Positions 1 to 8,637 of a stretch of DNA of 18,858 bases are shown in pieces. The stretch is taken from contig CAJWCD010000074.1 in the NCBI GenBank assembly GCA_913020725.1, positions 1-18,858 of the forward strand, written 5' to 3'. A program made the position numbers and the translations under genes. Positions within the stretch are counted from its first letter, which is position 1; every line of letters starts with the position of its first letter. A model generated the notes under the pieces. The model did no database searches and was not told the DNA's origin. It was given only the letters and a program-made list of their open reading frames with translations. Source of the DNA: an uncultured Pseudomonadota bacterium. GTDB lineage: Bacteria > SAR324 > NAC60-12.

Positions 1-35
1 GAAGCGATTTGTTGCTCGGAAAGTTTTATATTCAT
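1..35 (-). CDS. 5' end of an AT-rich ORF running off the window (MNIKLSEQQIA...), possible gene cassette
   Basis: ATG at 35-33 on the minus strand, open to the window edge, 24 nt after the R' box of the attC-like site. Only 11 codons are visible. Confidence 0.35.
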   Translation of the reverse strand, partial: MNIKLSEQQIA

Positions 36-59
36 AGTTTGTTGTTTGGATTAATAGTT

Positions 60-135
60 GGCTAACGCAGAGTTGAGAAGTTTTTGAGCAAGCGCAGCGC
101 AGGGGAAAAAATCTTTCTCGAACGACTTGTTGGAA
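60..135 (-). mobile_element. Integron attC-like recombination site (76 bp)
   Basis: The minus strand reads TTCCAAC (R'') - AAGTC - GTTCGAGA (L'', unpaired C at position 4) ... TCTCAAC (L') - TCTGC - GTTAGCC (R'). AAC/GTT termini, 5-nt spacers, paired L boxes and a central GCGCtGCGC are present. No integrase is in the window. Confidence 0.65.
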
Positions 136-298
136 GTTATTGTTTTAATGTTTATTTGTAATCACTTAGAAACAGAAATCCGAGGAATCTCCCCCCATAA
201 ATTCAGCAGGTATTATTTGGGTACCCCTCTCTGACTTGCACCCAACATGCATCTGTCTTCAGCAAATCGATCTTCGAAATTATCAATTTGAAAACTGA

Positions 299-1000
299 TC
301 AGACCGTCAAATAGGCATTGCGGACGGCGTCATCGGCGGCGAGGCCGGCCATCGTGCCCTCGTAGCGGATGTGACCTTTTTCGATGATGTAGGCGCGGTC
401 GGCGAGTTGGGTGGCGAAGCGCAAGTTTTGCTCAGAGAGAATGACCGTCAGCCCTTCGCGCTTGAGTTCCTGGATGGTCGCGGCCATCTGCTGGACGATG
501 ACGGGCGCGAGTCCTTCGGAGGGTTCGTCGAGCAGGATCAGCTTGGGGTTGCCCATCAGGGTGCGGGCGATGGTGAGCATCTGCTGCTCGCCCCCGCTCA
601 TCTGTCCCCCTGGACGATCCCGCATTTCTCCAAGGTTCGGAAAAATCTCGAAAATGCGGTCAGGGGTCCACTCCGGAAGTTCCGGGCGTGACGGGCGGGT
701 GCCGACCTCCAGGTTCTCCATCACCGTCAAATCGGTGAAGATGCGCCGCTCTTCCGGAACGTAGCCGATCCCGTGTCGGCACGCCACATGCGGGGGCTGG
801 CGGGTGAGCGGCTGGCTCTCGAAGGTGACGGTTCCGGACTCCGGACGCACCAAGCCATTGATGCTTTTCAGCGTGGTGGATTTGCCCGCGCCATTGCGCC
901 CCAAAAGCGCGACGACCTCCCCGCGTTGCACGTTCAGGGACAAGTCCGTGAGGATGTGGGCGCGTCCGTAGAAGGTGTTCAGTCCGGAAACCTCAAGCAT
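299..1000 (-). CDS. livF: Branched-chain amino acid-type (HAAT) ABC transporter ATP-binding protein, LivF-like
   Basis: Walker A GRNGAGKST, signature MSGGEQQM, Walker B ILLDEPSEGLAP, and SEQN switch typical of LivF. Confidence 0.92.
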   Translation of the reverse strand: MLEVSGLNTFYGRAHILTDLSLNVQRGEVVALLGRNGAGKSTTLKSINGLVRPESGTVTFESQPLTRQPPHVACRHGIGYVPEERRIFTDLTVMENLEVGTRPSRPELPEWTPDRIFEIFPNLGEMRDRPGGQMSGGEQQMLTIARTLMGNPKLILLDEPSEGLAPVIVQQMAATIQELKREGLTVILSEQNLRFATQLADRAYIIEKGHIRYEGTMAGLAADDAVRNAYLTV

Positions 1001-1015
1001 GTTCAGTGGTCTCCA

Positions 1016-1226
1016 TTACTGGTCTGCCCCCTTTGTTAGGCCCGTGGATTCCTGAGCCACTTTGATGAACGACAGCAATGCTTCATTGACTGCTTCTTCC
1101 GTGGGAAACACCAAGGCCACTTCTGGCCGGAGCAAAACCAAGTTGTGGGCTTCTTGGTAGGCTTCGTAGTACTTGCCACGAACCCCCTTGCCCAAGTCTT
1201 TCCTTGTGTACTCAGACCTCATTTCA

Positions 1227-1249
<23 letters not shown>
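1016..1249 (-). CDS. Putative antitoxin partner of the BrnT-family toxin (77 aa)
   Basis: The pattern DEMRSEY...GVRGKYY...NLVLLRPEVA..FP..EAVNEAL is typical of small proteins downstream of brnT. Its start overlaps the toxin 3' end. Confidence 0.7.
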
Positions 1250-1511
<262 letters not shown>

Positions 1512-1566
1512 TCACCAGTATTTGGAAAGTATCGTAGGGTACTGTAAAAAAGAGAGAACCACGAAT

Positions 1567-2331
1567 TCAAACCGTTTGTAAAATGTCATCCGAGCCGAGG
1601 TAAATGGCCTGCACCTCGGCGTTGTTGCGCACGTTTTCGGGGGTGTCGTCCGCGATCAATTGTCCGCGATTCAACACGAGGATGCGGTCGGCGTGCGTGA
1701 ACACCACGTCCATGTCGTGTTCGGTGAAGAGGACGGAGAGGTTGCGTTGCTTGACGATTTCCGTCGTCAGCGCCATCAGTTCCACTCGTTCCTTGGGTGC
1801 CATCCCGGCGGTCGGTTCGTCCATCAGCAACAGCTTGGGTGCATTCGCCAAGGCCACCGCCAGTTCAACACGCTTGAGGTCGCCGTAGGCGAGAGTGCTA
1901 CAAGGACGGTCTGCTTGATCGGCAATGCCGACTTGCTCCAGCAGTTCGAGGGCTTCCGGACGGTGCAGACTGGAGGCTCTCCGAATCAGGGACATCAGTT
2001 GGTGTCGGTCACTGAGTAGGGCCACCTGCACGTTTTCACAGACCGTCATGCTGGAGTAGGTTGCGGTGATCTGAAAGGTCCGACCCACGCCCAGCCGCCA
2101 AACTTCCGGAGGTCGCATCCCCACCGTTTCCTTGCCAAACAGCCGCACCGAACCGGAATCCGGCCTGAGCTGCCCGTTGAGCATGTTGAAGCAAGTGGTC
2201 TTGCCCGCACCGTTGGGACCGATGAGGGCCAGCAGTTCCCCGGAACTCAGCGAAAAACTGACGTCCCGAACCGCATGGACTCCACCGAAGGATTTGGAAA
2301 GTCCCTGAACTTCCAGACTGGTTTCAGGCAT
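1567..2331 (-). CDS. livG: HAAT ABC transporter ATP-binding protein, LivG-like (254 aa from MPETSL)
   Basis: GPNGAGKTT, GRTFQ, LAYGDLKRVELA, LLMDEPTAGM, EHDM. The start was set at 2331 because it overlaps the permease stop (ATGCCTGA). Confidence 0.92.
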   Translation of the reverse strand: MPETSLEVQGLSKSFGGVHAVRDVSFSLSSGELLALIGPNGAGKTTCFNMLNGQLRPDSGSVRLFGKETVGMRPPEVWRLGVGRTFQITATYSSMTVCENVQVALLSDRHQLMSLIRRASSLHRPEALELLEQVGIADQADRPCSTLAYGDLKRVELAVALANAPKLLLMDEPTAGMAPKERVELMALTTEIVKQRNLSVLFTEHDMDVVFTHADRILVLNRGQLIADDTPENVRNNAEVQAIYLGSDDILQTV

Positions 2332-4180
2332 CGTTTGCTCCTGTGGTTTGGGTGCGCTTCCACAGGTTTTGGACAAAGCCCGCAATGCCCTGCGGGAAGG
2401 CTAGCACGAGGGCGATGATCAGGGTTCCCAACAGCAAGCGCCAGTACTCGAACCGCGAAATTTCGTCGTGCAGCCAAGTGAACACGGATGCGCCTGTGGC
2501 GGGTCCCCAGAGCGTTTTCACGCCGCCAAGCAGCACCATGATGAGGGCATCGAAGGAACGCGGAATCGCCATTTCGTCTGGAAACACGCTACCCTTGGAG
2601 AACACGAACAAGCCGCCTGCAATGCCGGCCATGAATCCGGAGAAGGCGAAGGCCAGCCACTGCTGACGAGAGACGTTGATGCCGATGGACGCACTGCGCA
2701 AGGCGGAATCCCGCACCGCCCGCATCGCATAGCCGAAGGGGGTGAAGAGGACGTGCCGCAAAATCAGGATGCCGCCGACTCCGGCGATGATCGTCAGGTA
2801 GTAGTACGCCATGCGGTCGCTCGCCCACGCGCTGGGCCAGATGCCAAGGATGCCGTCATCTCCTCCAGTCACGGCGTCCCACTGGAAAACGATGGACCAC
2901 GCGACTTGCGCGAAGGCCATCGTGAGCATCGCTAGGTACACTCCGCTCAGGCGCACACAGAACCAGCCCACAATCAGGGCCAGCACTCCGGCCATCAACG
3001 GGGCGAAGAGCAGCGCCACTTCCATCGGTGCTTCAAAGTGCTTGACCAGCAATGCCGCCGCATACGCGCCACCGCCAAAAAATGCGGCGTGTCCGAAGGA
3101 AACCATCCCACCCGGACCCATCGCAAAGTGCAGGCTGGCTGCAAACAGCGACATGATCACCATTTCGATGATCAGCACGAGAGTGAAGTCATCAGCAAAC
3201 GTGGGCAGCGCGAATAAGCCAACCACCAGTGCCATGCCGATCATGCGCAAATTACGCGAGGCGGTTTGATAAGGCAATTCTGGAGGACCGACCTGCCCGT
3301 GCTGTCCCGGAACTTCGGGTTTGCCCAACAGCCCCCAAGGACGCACGATCAGCACAATCGCCATCAGCGCGAACATCAAAACCAAGGTGCTTTCCGGCAG
3401 GATGAGGATGCCGAAGGCATTGCACTCGAAAATCAGCACGGATGCCAGATAAGCCCCAAAAATGCTGCCCATGCCGCCGACGACGACCACGACAAAAATT
3501 GCCGCCAAAATCTCAAAATCCATCAGCAGATTCGCTCCGCCCTTAGGCAACTGCGCAGCCCCACCAAGTCCGGCGAGCAGCGATCCCAGAAAGAAGGTGC
3601 CCGTGAACAGCCACGTCTGATTCACCCCCAGCGCTCCAACCATTTCCCGATCCTGTGTGGCGGCTCGCACCAAGCAGCCCCAGCGGGTGCGGTTGAAGAG
3701 AAACCACAGCGCCACCAGCACGACCAGACTGAGGGCAATCAGGGCGAGATCGTATTCTGGCAGAAGCGTGCCAAAAATGTTCACCGTGCTGTCAAGTCCG
3801 GGGGCCAGCGGTCCCAGCAAATCCTCCGCTCCCCAAACCAACAACGCCAAATCCTGAATCACCAGAATGACCCCAAAAGTAGCGACAAGCTGGAAGAGTT
3901 CCGGGGCTTGATAGACCCGGCGCAGGATGAGGATTTCAACCACCACGCCGATCAGACCCACTGCGATGGCGGAGAGCAGCATGGCGATCCAAAACCCCAT
4001 CACGCTGGTCAGGTGGCTCGTGAAAGTGTAGGCAAAAAACGCCCCCAACATGTAGAACGAACCGTGCGCGAAATTCACCACCCGGGTGACTCCAAAGATG
4101 ATCGACAACCCGGACGCAACCAGAAACACCGCTGCTGCGCTCGAAAGCCCGGTCAGCACTTGGACAATGAAAAATCCCAT
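2324..4180 (-). CDS. Fused LivH-LivM ABC permease (618 aa)
   Basis: The N-half has GLSIIFGVTRVVNFAHG and VVVGGMGS (LivH). The C-half has GMVSFGHAAFFG, GVYLAMLTMAF, TGGDDG and MVLLGG (LivM). Many hydrophobic segments. Confidence 0.9.
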   Translation of the reverse strand: MGFFIVQVLTGLSSAAAVFLVASGLSIIFGVTRVVNFAHGSFYMLGAFFAYTFTSHLTSVMGFWIAMLLSAIAVGLIGVVVEILILRRVYQAPELFQLVATFGVILVIQDLALLVWGAEDLLGPLAPGLDSTVNIFGTLLPEYDLALIALSLVVLVALWFLFNRTRWGCLVRAATQDREMVGALGVNQTWLFTGTFFLGSLLAGLGGAAQLPKGGANLLMDFEILAAIFVVVVVGGMGSIFGAYLASVLIFECNAFGILILPESTLVLMFALMAIVLIVRPWGLLGKPEVPGQHGQVGPPELPYQTASRNLRMIGMALVVGLFALPTFADDFTLVLIIEMVIMSLFAASLHFAMGPGGMVSFGHAAFFGGGAYAAALLVKHFEAPMEVALLFAPLMAGVLALIVGWFCVRLSGVYLAMLTMAFAQVAWSIVFQWDAVTGGDDGILGIWPSAWASDRMAYYYLTIIAGVGGILILRHVLFTPFGYAMRAVRDSALRSASIGINVSRQQWLAFAFSGFMAGIAGGLFVFSKGSVFPDEMAIPRSFDALIMVLLGGVKTLWGPATGASVFTWLHDEISRFEYWRLLLGTLIIALVLAFPQGIAGFVQNLWKRTQTTGANDA

Positions 4181-4201
4181 ATGATCTCAATAGATGTGGT
4201 T

Positions 4202-4252
4202 GGGGGGCCAGATCTAAATCCCCCCTGGCCCCCCTTTGAGAAAAAGGGGGGG
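4202..4252. repeat. G/C-rich inverted repeats (REP-like or mRNA-stabilising stem-loop) between the binding-protein and permease genes
   Basis: GGGGGGCCAG (4202-4211) pairs with CTGGCCCCCC (4225-4234). CCCCCCTTT (4229-4237) pairs with AAAGGGGGG (4243-4251). Confidence 0.6.
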
Positions 4253-4259
4253 CTTAGGG

Positions 4260-5471
4260 TCAGTTGGCCGCAGGACGCAGCTTGCGCACTTCGGCATCGG
4301 AGGGCAGGTAATCGGCCCCGTCCAGATAGGACCAGTTGACCATTATGCCCTTGCCGTCCTTTAGCTTGGTCCAGCCCAAGTAGGCGCCCATCGTGGACTG
4401 GTGGTCAAGCGCTCGGTAGTGGATGGAACCTGTCGGGGAGGAATACGTCAGCCCCTCCATCGCATCCACGAGCGCTTCCGTATCGGTTGACCCGGCCTTT
4501 TCGATGGCGGCTTTGATGCCGAGCATCGTGTTGTAGCCAACAATGGAACCGATGCGGGGATAGTCATTGTACCGCGCCTGATACGACTTAAGGAAGGCAT
4601 TGTGGGCTGGAGTGTTGATGGCATACCAAGGGTAGCCAGTGACAAGCCAGCCTTCCGGAGCTTCGCCCTTCAGTGGATCGAGGTATTCCGGCTCACCTGT
4701 GAGCAGTCCGACCATGAGCTTGCCACTGAAGAAACCCCGCAGTTTGCCTTCACGGGCGAACTTGGCGAGGTCCGAACCGAAGGTGACGTTGTAGACCGCT
4801 TCGGGCTTGGCGGCGCTGAGGGCTTGCACTTCTGCACCAGCGTCAATCTTGAAGAGCGCAGGCCACTGTTCGGCTACGAACTCGACATCCGGACGCAACT
4901 GCTTCAGCACTTTCTGGAACGCCGACACCGCGTCTTTGCCGTAGGCGTAGTTCGGGGCAATGGTCGCCCAGCGTTTTGCCGGGTTCTTTGCGGCTTGTTC
5001 GGCCAGCATTGAAGCCTGCATGTAGGTGGAGGGCCGCAACCGGAAGGTGTAGCGGTTCCCATTTGCCCACACAAGAGCATCGGCCAGCGGCTCGGCGGCG
5101 ACGTACAGCACCTTGCGTTGCCCGGCGAACGAAGTCAACGCCAACCCAATGTGCGAAAACAGCGACCCGGAAATCAGGGCAACGCGGTCCTTGGACACCA
5201 GTTCCTCGGCGATCTTCACGGCGTCGCCTGGTTTGCCGTTGTCGTCCCGCGAGACGAGTTCGAGCTTTTTGCCCAGCACCCCGCCTGCGGAATTGATGTG
5301 CTCCAGCGCCAGTTCCACACCCATCTTGTACGGGATGGTGTGGGCCGGCAGGCGCTTGTAGCTGTTGATGTCGCCGATCTTGATGGTTCCCCCGGCAGAT
5401 GCCGGAATCGCGATTCCGAGAGCGGCGATGCTTGCCACCACTGCGGAAAACAATTTCTTCCAGTTCAACAT
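4260..5471 (-). CDS. ABC transporter substrate-binding protein, Leu/Ile/Val-binding (type 1 PBP) family (403 aa)
   Basis: Signal peptide MLNWKK-hydrophobic-PASA, then IKIG, INSAGGVLGKKLELVSRDD and PNYAYG. A GAGGG SD precedes the ATG at 5471. The longer 5549 start would overlap the upstream gene. Confidence 0.9.
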   Translation of the reverse strand: MLNWKKLFSAVVASIAALGIAIPASAGGTIKIGDINSYKRLPAHTIPYKMGVELALEHINSAGGVLGKKLELVSRDDNGKPGDAVKIAEELVSKDRVALISGSLFSHIGLALTSFAGQRKVLYVAAEPLADALVWANGNRYTFRLRPSTYMQASMLAEQAAKNPAKRWATIAPNYAYGKDAVSAFQKVLKQLRPDVEFVAEQWPALFKIDAGAEVQALSAAKPEAVYNVTFGSDLAKFAREGKLRGFFSGKLMVGLLTGEPEYLDPLKGEAPEGWLVTGYPWYAINTPAHNAFLKSYQARYNDYPRIGSIVGYNTMLGIKAAIEKAGSTDTEALVDAMEGLTYSSPTGSIHYRALDHQSTMGAYLGWTKLKDGKGIMVNWSYLDGADYLPSDAEVRKLRPAAN

Positions 5472-5541
5472 GATCTTGTCCCTCATTGGTTTGATGCTGC
5501 GCACCAAACGTTTCCGCAAAATGCGGTAAATGGACGGTGGC

Positions 5542-6339
5542 CTAAGCAAAGGCCGCTCGCCCCCCCTTGAGCACCAAAGTGCTCCCCACGCTGGCCTCGA
5601 AAGCGAGACCAGCCGAAGTCGTGTTTGCCGTCACCTCCACCACAGTTCCGGGCAACACCGGACTGGAGAGACGGGCTTCAAGTTGTGTGAGATTGGCTGG
5701 ATGCGTTCCGGTTGCTTCTGAAATCATCCGTGCTGCGATCCCCAAGGTGCAAAGCCCGTGAAGAATCGGACGCTCAAATGAATTCGCAAGTGCGACTTCC
5801 GGATCAATGTGGATCGGGTGCAAGTCACCCGTCAGTCGGTAAAGCGCGGCTTGGTTCGGGGACGTCGCATAGCTTCCGGACCACGAATCCCCGGTTTTCT
5901 CATCCACCGGTGCAGACCCGCCGCCGCGATCACCCCCCCAGCCGCCAAGTCCGGGAAGGAAGATCCCATACGAAGCCGTGAAGTATTCGGACTCAACCGC
6001 AATGTCGAGCAACGCTGCCTTGCCCTTGTCCCACACTCCCGTGATCCGTCCAGTGGTTTCAATGGCTCCGGATTGAGGCAGGGATTGATGCACCACCAAG
6101 GATTGCGAGGCGTGCAGCGAAAACTTGCGGTCATACGCTCCAAGACCGCCTGCCGCTTCCACCGCCCAAAGCCCGAGGGCACAGGCGTAAGTCGGCAGCA
6201 CCCGCAAATCTCGCTCGTACACCAAATCAGTTTCCTCGCTGGATGCGCCGACTGCCAATGCGTAAAGAATCGCGTTCCGCTCCTCGTAGTGGACGATGCG
6301 CTGGCCAAGTTCATAGCCTTGCAGTTCAGGCAGTTTCAT
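5542..6339 (-). CDS. MaoC-like double hot-dog (R)-specific enoyl-CoA hydratase (MFE-2 hydratase type)
   Basis: ILYALAVGA, VYE..L.VLPT, WDKGKAA, and hydratase-2 motif YRLTGDLHPIHIDP...F..PILHGLCTLG. Confidence 0.85.
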   Translation of the reverse strand: MKLPELQGYELGQRIVHYEERNAILYALAVGASSEETDLVYERDLRVLPTYACALGLWAVEAAGGLGAYDRKFSLHASQSLVVHQSLPQSGAIETTGRITGVWDKGKAALLDIAVESEYFTASYGIFLPGLGGWGGDRGGGSAPVDEKTGDSWSGSYATSPNQAALYRLTGDLHPIHIDPEVALANSFERPILHGLCTLGIAARMISEATGTHPANLTQLEARLSSPVLPGTVVEVTANTTSAGLAFEASVGSTLVLKGGRAAFA

Positions 6340-6359
6340 AGTGCTTGATTTTTCGATTG

Positions 6360-6437
6360 AACCACAGAGAACACAGAGGCCACAGAGAATTGTTTTTATA
6401 GTTTTTTCTCTACCCCTCTGGACCCGCTGTAGTGGTT
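6360..6437. repeat. Short tandem CACAGAG repeat with a degenerate inverted copy (REP-like element)
   Basis: CACAGAG at 6363, 6372 and 6381 (9-bp period). Partial complements CTCT/CTCTG/GTGGTT lie at 6408-6437, and GTGGTT pairs with AACCAC at 6360-6365. Confidence 0.55.
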
Positions 6438-6485
6438 TTTTGTCAGGTTTCAGTGTTTTGAGAAATTAAAAATCTTTTATTTTCG

Positions 6486-7235
6486 TTATGGAATGCTAAG
6501 TCGTTCCTTGGCTTGGGCCACCGCTGCCTGCCGTTCCGGAGAACTCAGGATATTGACATAGATTTCTTTCCAATACGAAAGATTCTGCTCGCCCTGTTCC
6601 AAAGCGAGCAACAACGATTTGGTCGCGCCCACGGCTTTGGGAGCCTTCGCCATGTTCCGGACGAGTTCCAGCACCTTTTTACGGGTGGTACTTTCCGGAA
6701 CCACCCAGCCCACGAGGCCAGTGTGCAGGGCCGTTTGTGCATCCCAGCGTTCCCCCAGCAGCAACAAACGCATCAGTGCTCTGGAGCCCAAACGGGCGTG
6801 AAACTGGGCCACCGCATCCGGACTGTAAAGCAGGCCCAGCCTTGTCGCCGGAATCTGAAAAAAGGCACGCTCGGAGGCGACCAACGCGTCACACGCCAGC
6901 GCGACCGTCACGGCCCCGCCCACGCACGGTCCCTCAATGGCCGCAAGGCACGGCACGGGCAACGCCCGCATGAGTTGATTCACGCGCTGAATGCGTTCGT
7001 CAATTTCCTGATCTGCTACAGTTCCGGTGACATCGGAGAGGTCCGCTCCCACACTGAACGTCCCCTCTGCACCTTGCAGGATCACCGCTCTTAAATCCGA
7101 ATCACTCTGCAACCGCTCCAAGCCTTGCTCCAGTTCCGCGAGCAAGGCCAAGGAGAGGGCGTTCTTTTTGCGGGGATTGTTAAGCGTGAGGGTGCAAATC
7201 CCCTCCTGTTGTTCTGCTAGGATCAGTCCCGTCAT
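6486..7235 (-). CDS. Enoyl-CoA hydratase/isomerase (crotonase) superfamily protein (249 aa)
   Basis: TLNNPRKKNALS, FSVGADL, P..AAIEGPCVGGA, LACD, IPATRLGLLY. The start is set at the ATG at 7235, just after the amidase stop and behind AGGA. Confidence 0.88.
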   Translation of the reverse strand: MTGLILAEQQEGICTLTLNNPRKKNALSLALLAELEQGLERLQSDSDLRAVILQGAEGTFSVGADLSDVTGTVADQEIDERIQRVNQLMRALPVPCLAAIEGPCVGGAVTVALACDALVASERAFFQIPATRLGLLYSPDAVAQFHARLGSRALMRLLLLGERWDAQTALHTGLVGWVVPESTTRKKVLELVRNMAKAPKAVGATKSLLLALEQGEQNLSYWKEIYVNILSSPERQAAVAQAKERLSIP

Positions 7236-7239
7236 TGCT

Positions 7240-8637
7240 TCATTTCCTGTTTGCAAGTGTCCACTTTTTGCGGACGGGTGTGTCGTCAAAGGCCAACTCT
7301 GCTTCTAAATCTTCGGAAAGGTTGAGCAGCAGTTCCTCCGCGTTCCAAGGGGCGACCAACTGCAAGCCCACGGGCAAACCCTCGGAGAGACCGCACGGAA
7401 GCGACACCGCTGGATTCCCGGAGACATTGAACGGCGCTGTGAAAGGCACCGCACCCCACAGCCAACTCACGCGCTGTCCGTCAATTTCACGGGGACGTTC
7501 CCGCACCGGGAAGGCAGTGGTGGCCGTCACCGGAGTGGCGATCACATCGAAATCTGCGAAAAAATTCCGGAGTCGTTGCTGGTACTCGCGGTGGGCTTTT
7601 CTGGCGTTTTTCACATCCTCCGCCGTGATTGCTTGTCCGGCTTCCAGCGACTTGCGTTCGTATGCGGTCAACTGCTCCGGAGCCTGCTTCAGCAAGTGCC
7701 CGCGTTCCCGCTGTTCCTCGGCCAAAACGAGTGTGTCGAACGCAGCATTCCAGCCTGCGAGCGGAAGCGGGGTTTCACGGACATCATGCCCCAATCTGGA
7801 CAATTGCCCCACCGCAACCTCGACCACTTGGGCGACTCCGGCAGCGACAGGGCGGTCTTCCGGCCTTGGACACCACACCACCCGCAGCTTTTGTCCGTTG
7901 AGGGATTGGCGGGCGTACTTGCGTTCGGCCAGCACTTCAAGGATGTTTCGAGCGTCCGCCACACAACGGGTGAGCGGGCCGGGCGCGATGAAGTCCGACA
8001 TCGCCCGAAAACCTTTCTCGTTGGAGCAAAGTCCGTAGGTGGGTTTGATGCCGAACAAGCCCGAGAATGCAGCAGGAATCCGGATCGAGCCTCCGCCATC
8101 CGCGCCGATGGCTGCCGTTGCCAAACCTGCCGCAACGGAAGCCGCCGCCCCGCCGCTGGAGCCTCCTGGAGTGTGGGACGTGTCCCACGGATTGCGGGCA
8201 TCGTCGCCCAAACGGTTGTCCGTGGTCGCGGACTGCCCGAACTCTGCGGCGTTGGTCTTGCCCGGAAAGACGGCTCCAGCCGCCCGCAAGCGTTTCACCA
8301 GCCCACAGTCCTGTTCTGTGCGGTTCTCCCGGTAGAGTGCAGAACCGTAAGTGGTGATCGATCCCGCCAACTCGAAGGTGTCCTTGATCGAAATTGGAAT
8401 GCCGCACAACGGCGGAATTTCCACCGTCGGCTTTCGGAAAAGACGCTCTGCGGTCTTGGCCTGCTCACGGGCTTGCTCATCCAAACAGTCGAGGTAGGCA
8501 TTCAGCGATGGATTGAAACGAGCTATCCGGGCCAAGGTTTCCTCCAGCACCTCGACCGGGGACAACTCACCTCGGCGAAACGCTTCCCGAAGCCGTGTGA
8601 TGGGCCACCAGAGCGGGCTGTCCTCCTGCTCAGGCAT
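7240..8637 (-). CDS. Amidase signature family enzyme (465 aa from MPEQED)
   Basis: Ser-cisSer-Lys triad motifs: GIPISIKD, PGGSSGGAAA, GADGGGSIRIPAAFSG; also GKTN and RNPW. The start overlaps the SDR stop (ATGCCTGA). Confidence 0.92.
   Translation of the reverse strand: MPEQEDSPLWWPITRLREAFRRGELSPVEVLEETLARIARFNPSLNAYLDCLDEQAREQAKTAERLFRKPTVEIPPLCGIPISIKDTFELAGSITTYGSALYRENRTEQDCGLVKRLRAAGAVFPGKTNAAEFGQSATTDNRLGDDARNPWDTSHTPGGSSGGAAASVAAGLATAAIGADGGGSIRIPAAFSGLFGIKPTYGLCSNEKGFRAMSDFIAPGPLTRCVADARNILEVLAERKYARQSLNGQKLRVVWCPRPEDRPVAAGVAQVVEVAVGQLSRLGHDVRETPLPLAGWNAAFDTLVLAEEQRERGHLLKQAPEQLTAYERKSLEAGQAITAEDVKNARKAHREYQQRLRNFFADFDVIATPVTATTAFPVRERPREIDGQRVSWLWGAVPFTAPFNVSGNPAVSLPCGLSEGLPVGLQLVAPWNAEELLLNLSEDLEAELAFDDTPVRKKWTLANRK

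Noticed and set aside
7240..8637. gatA (Glu-tRNA amidotransferase subunit A)
   Set aside because: No gatC/gatB neighbours, and the signature reads SIRIPA rather than GatA-type SIRQPA.
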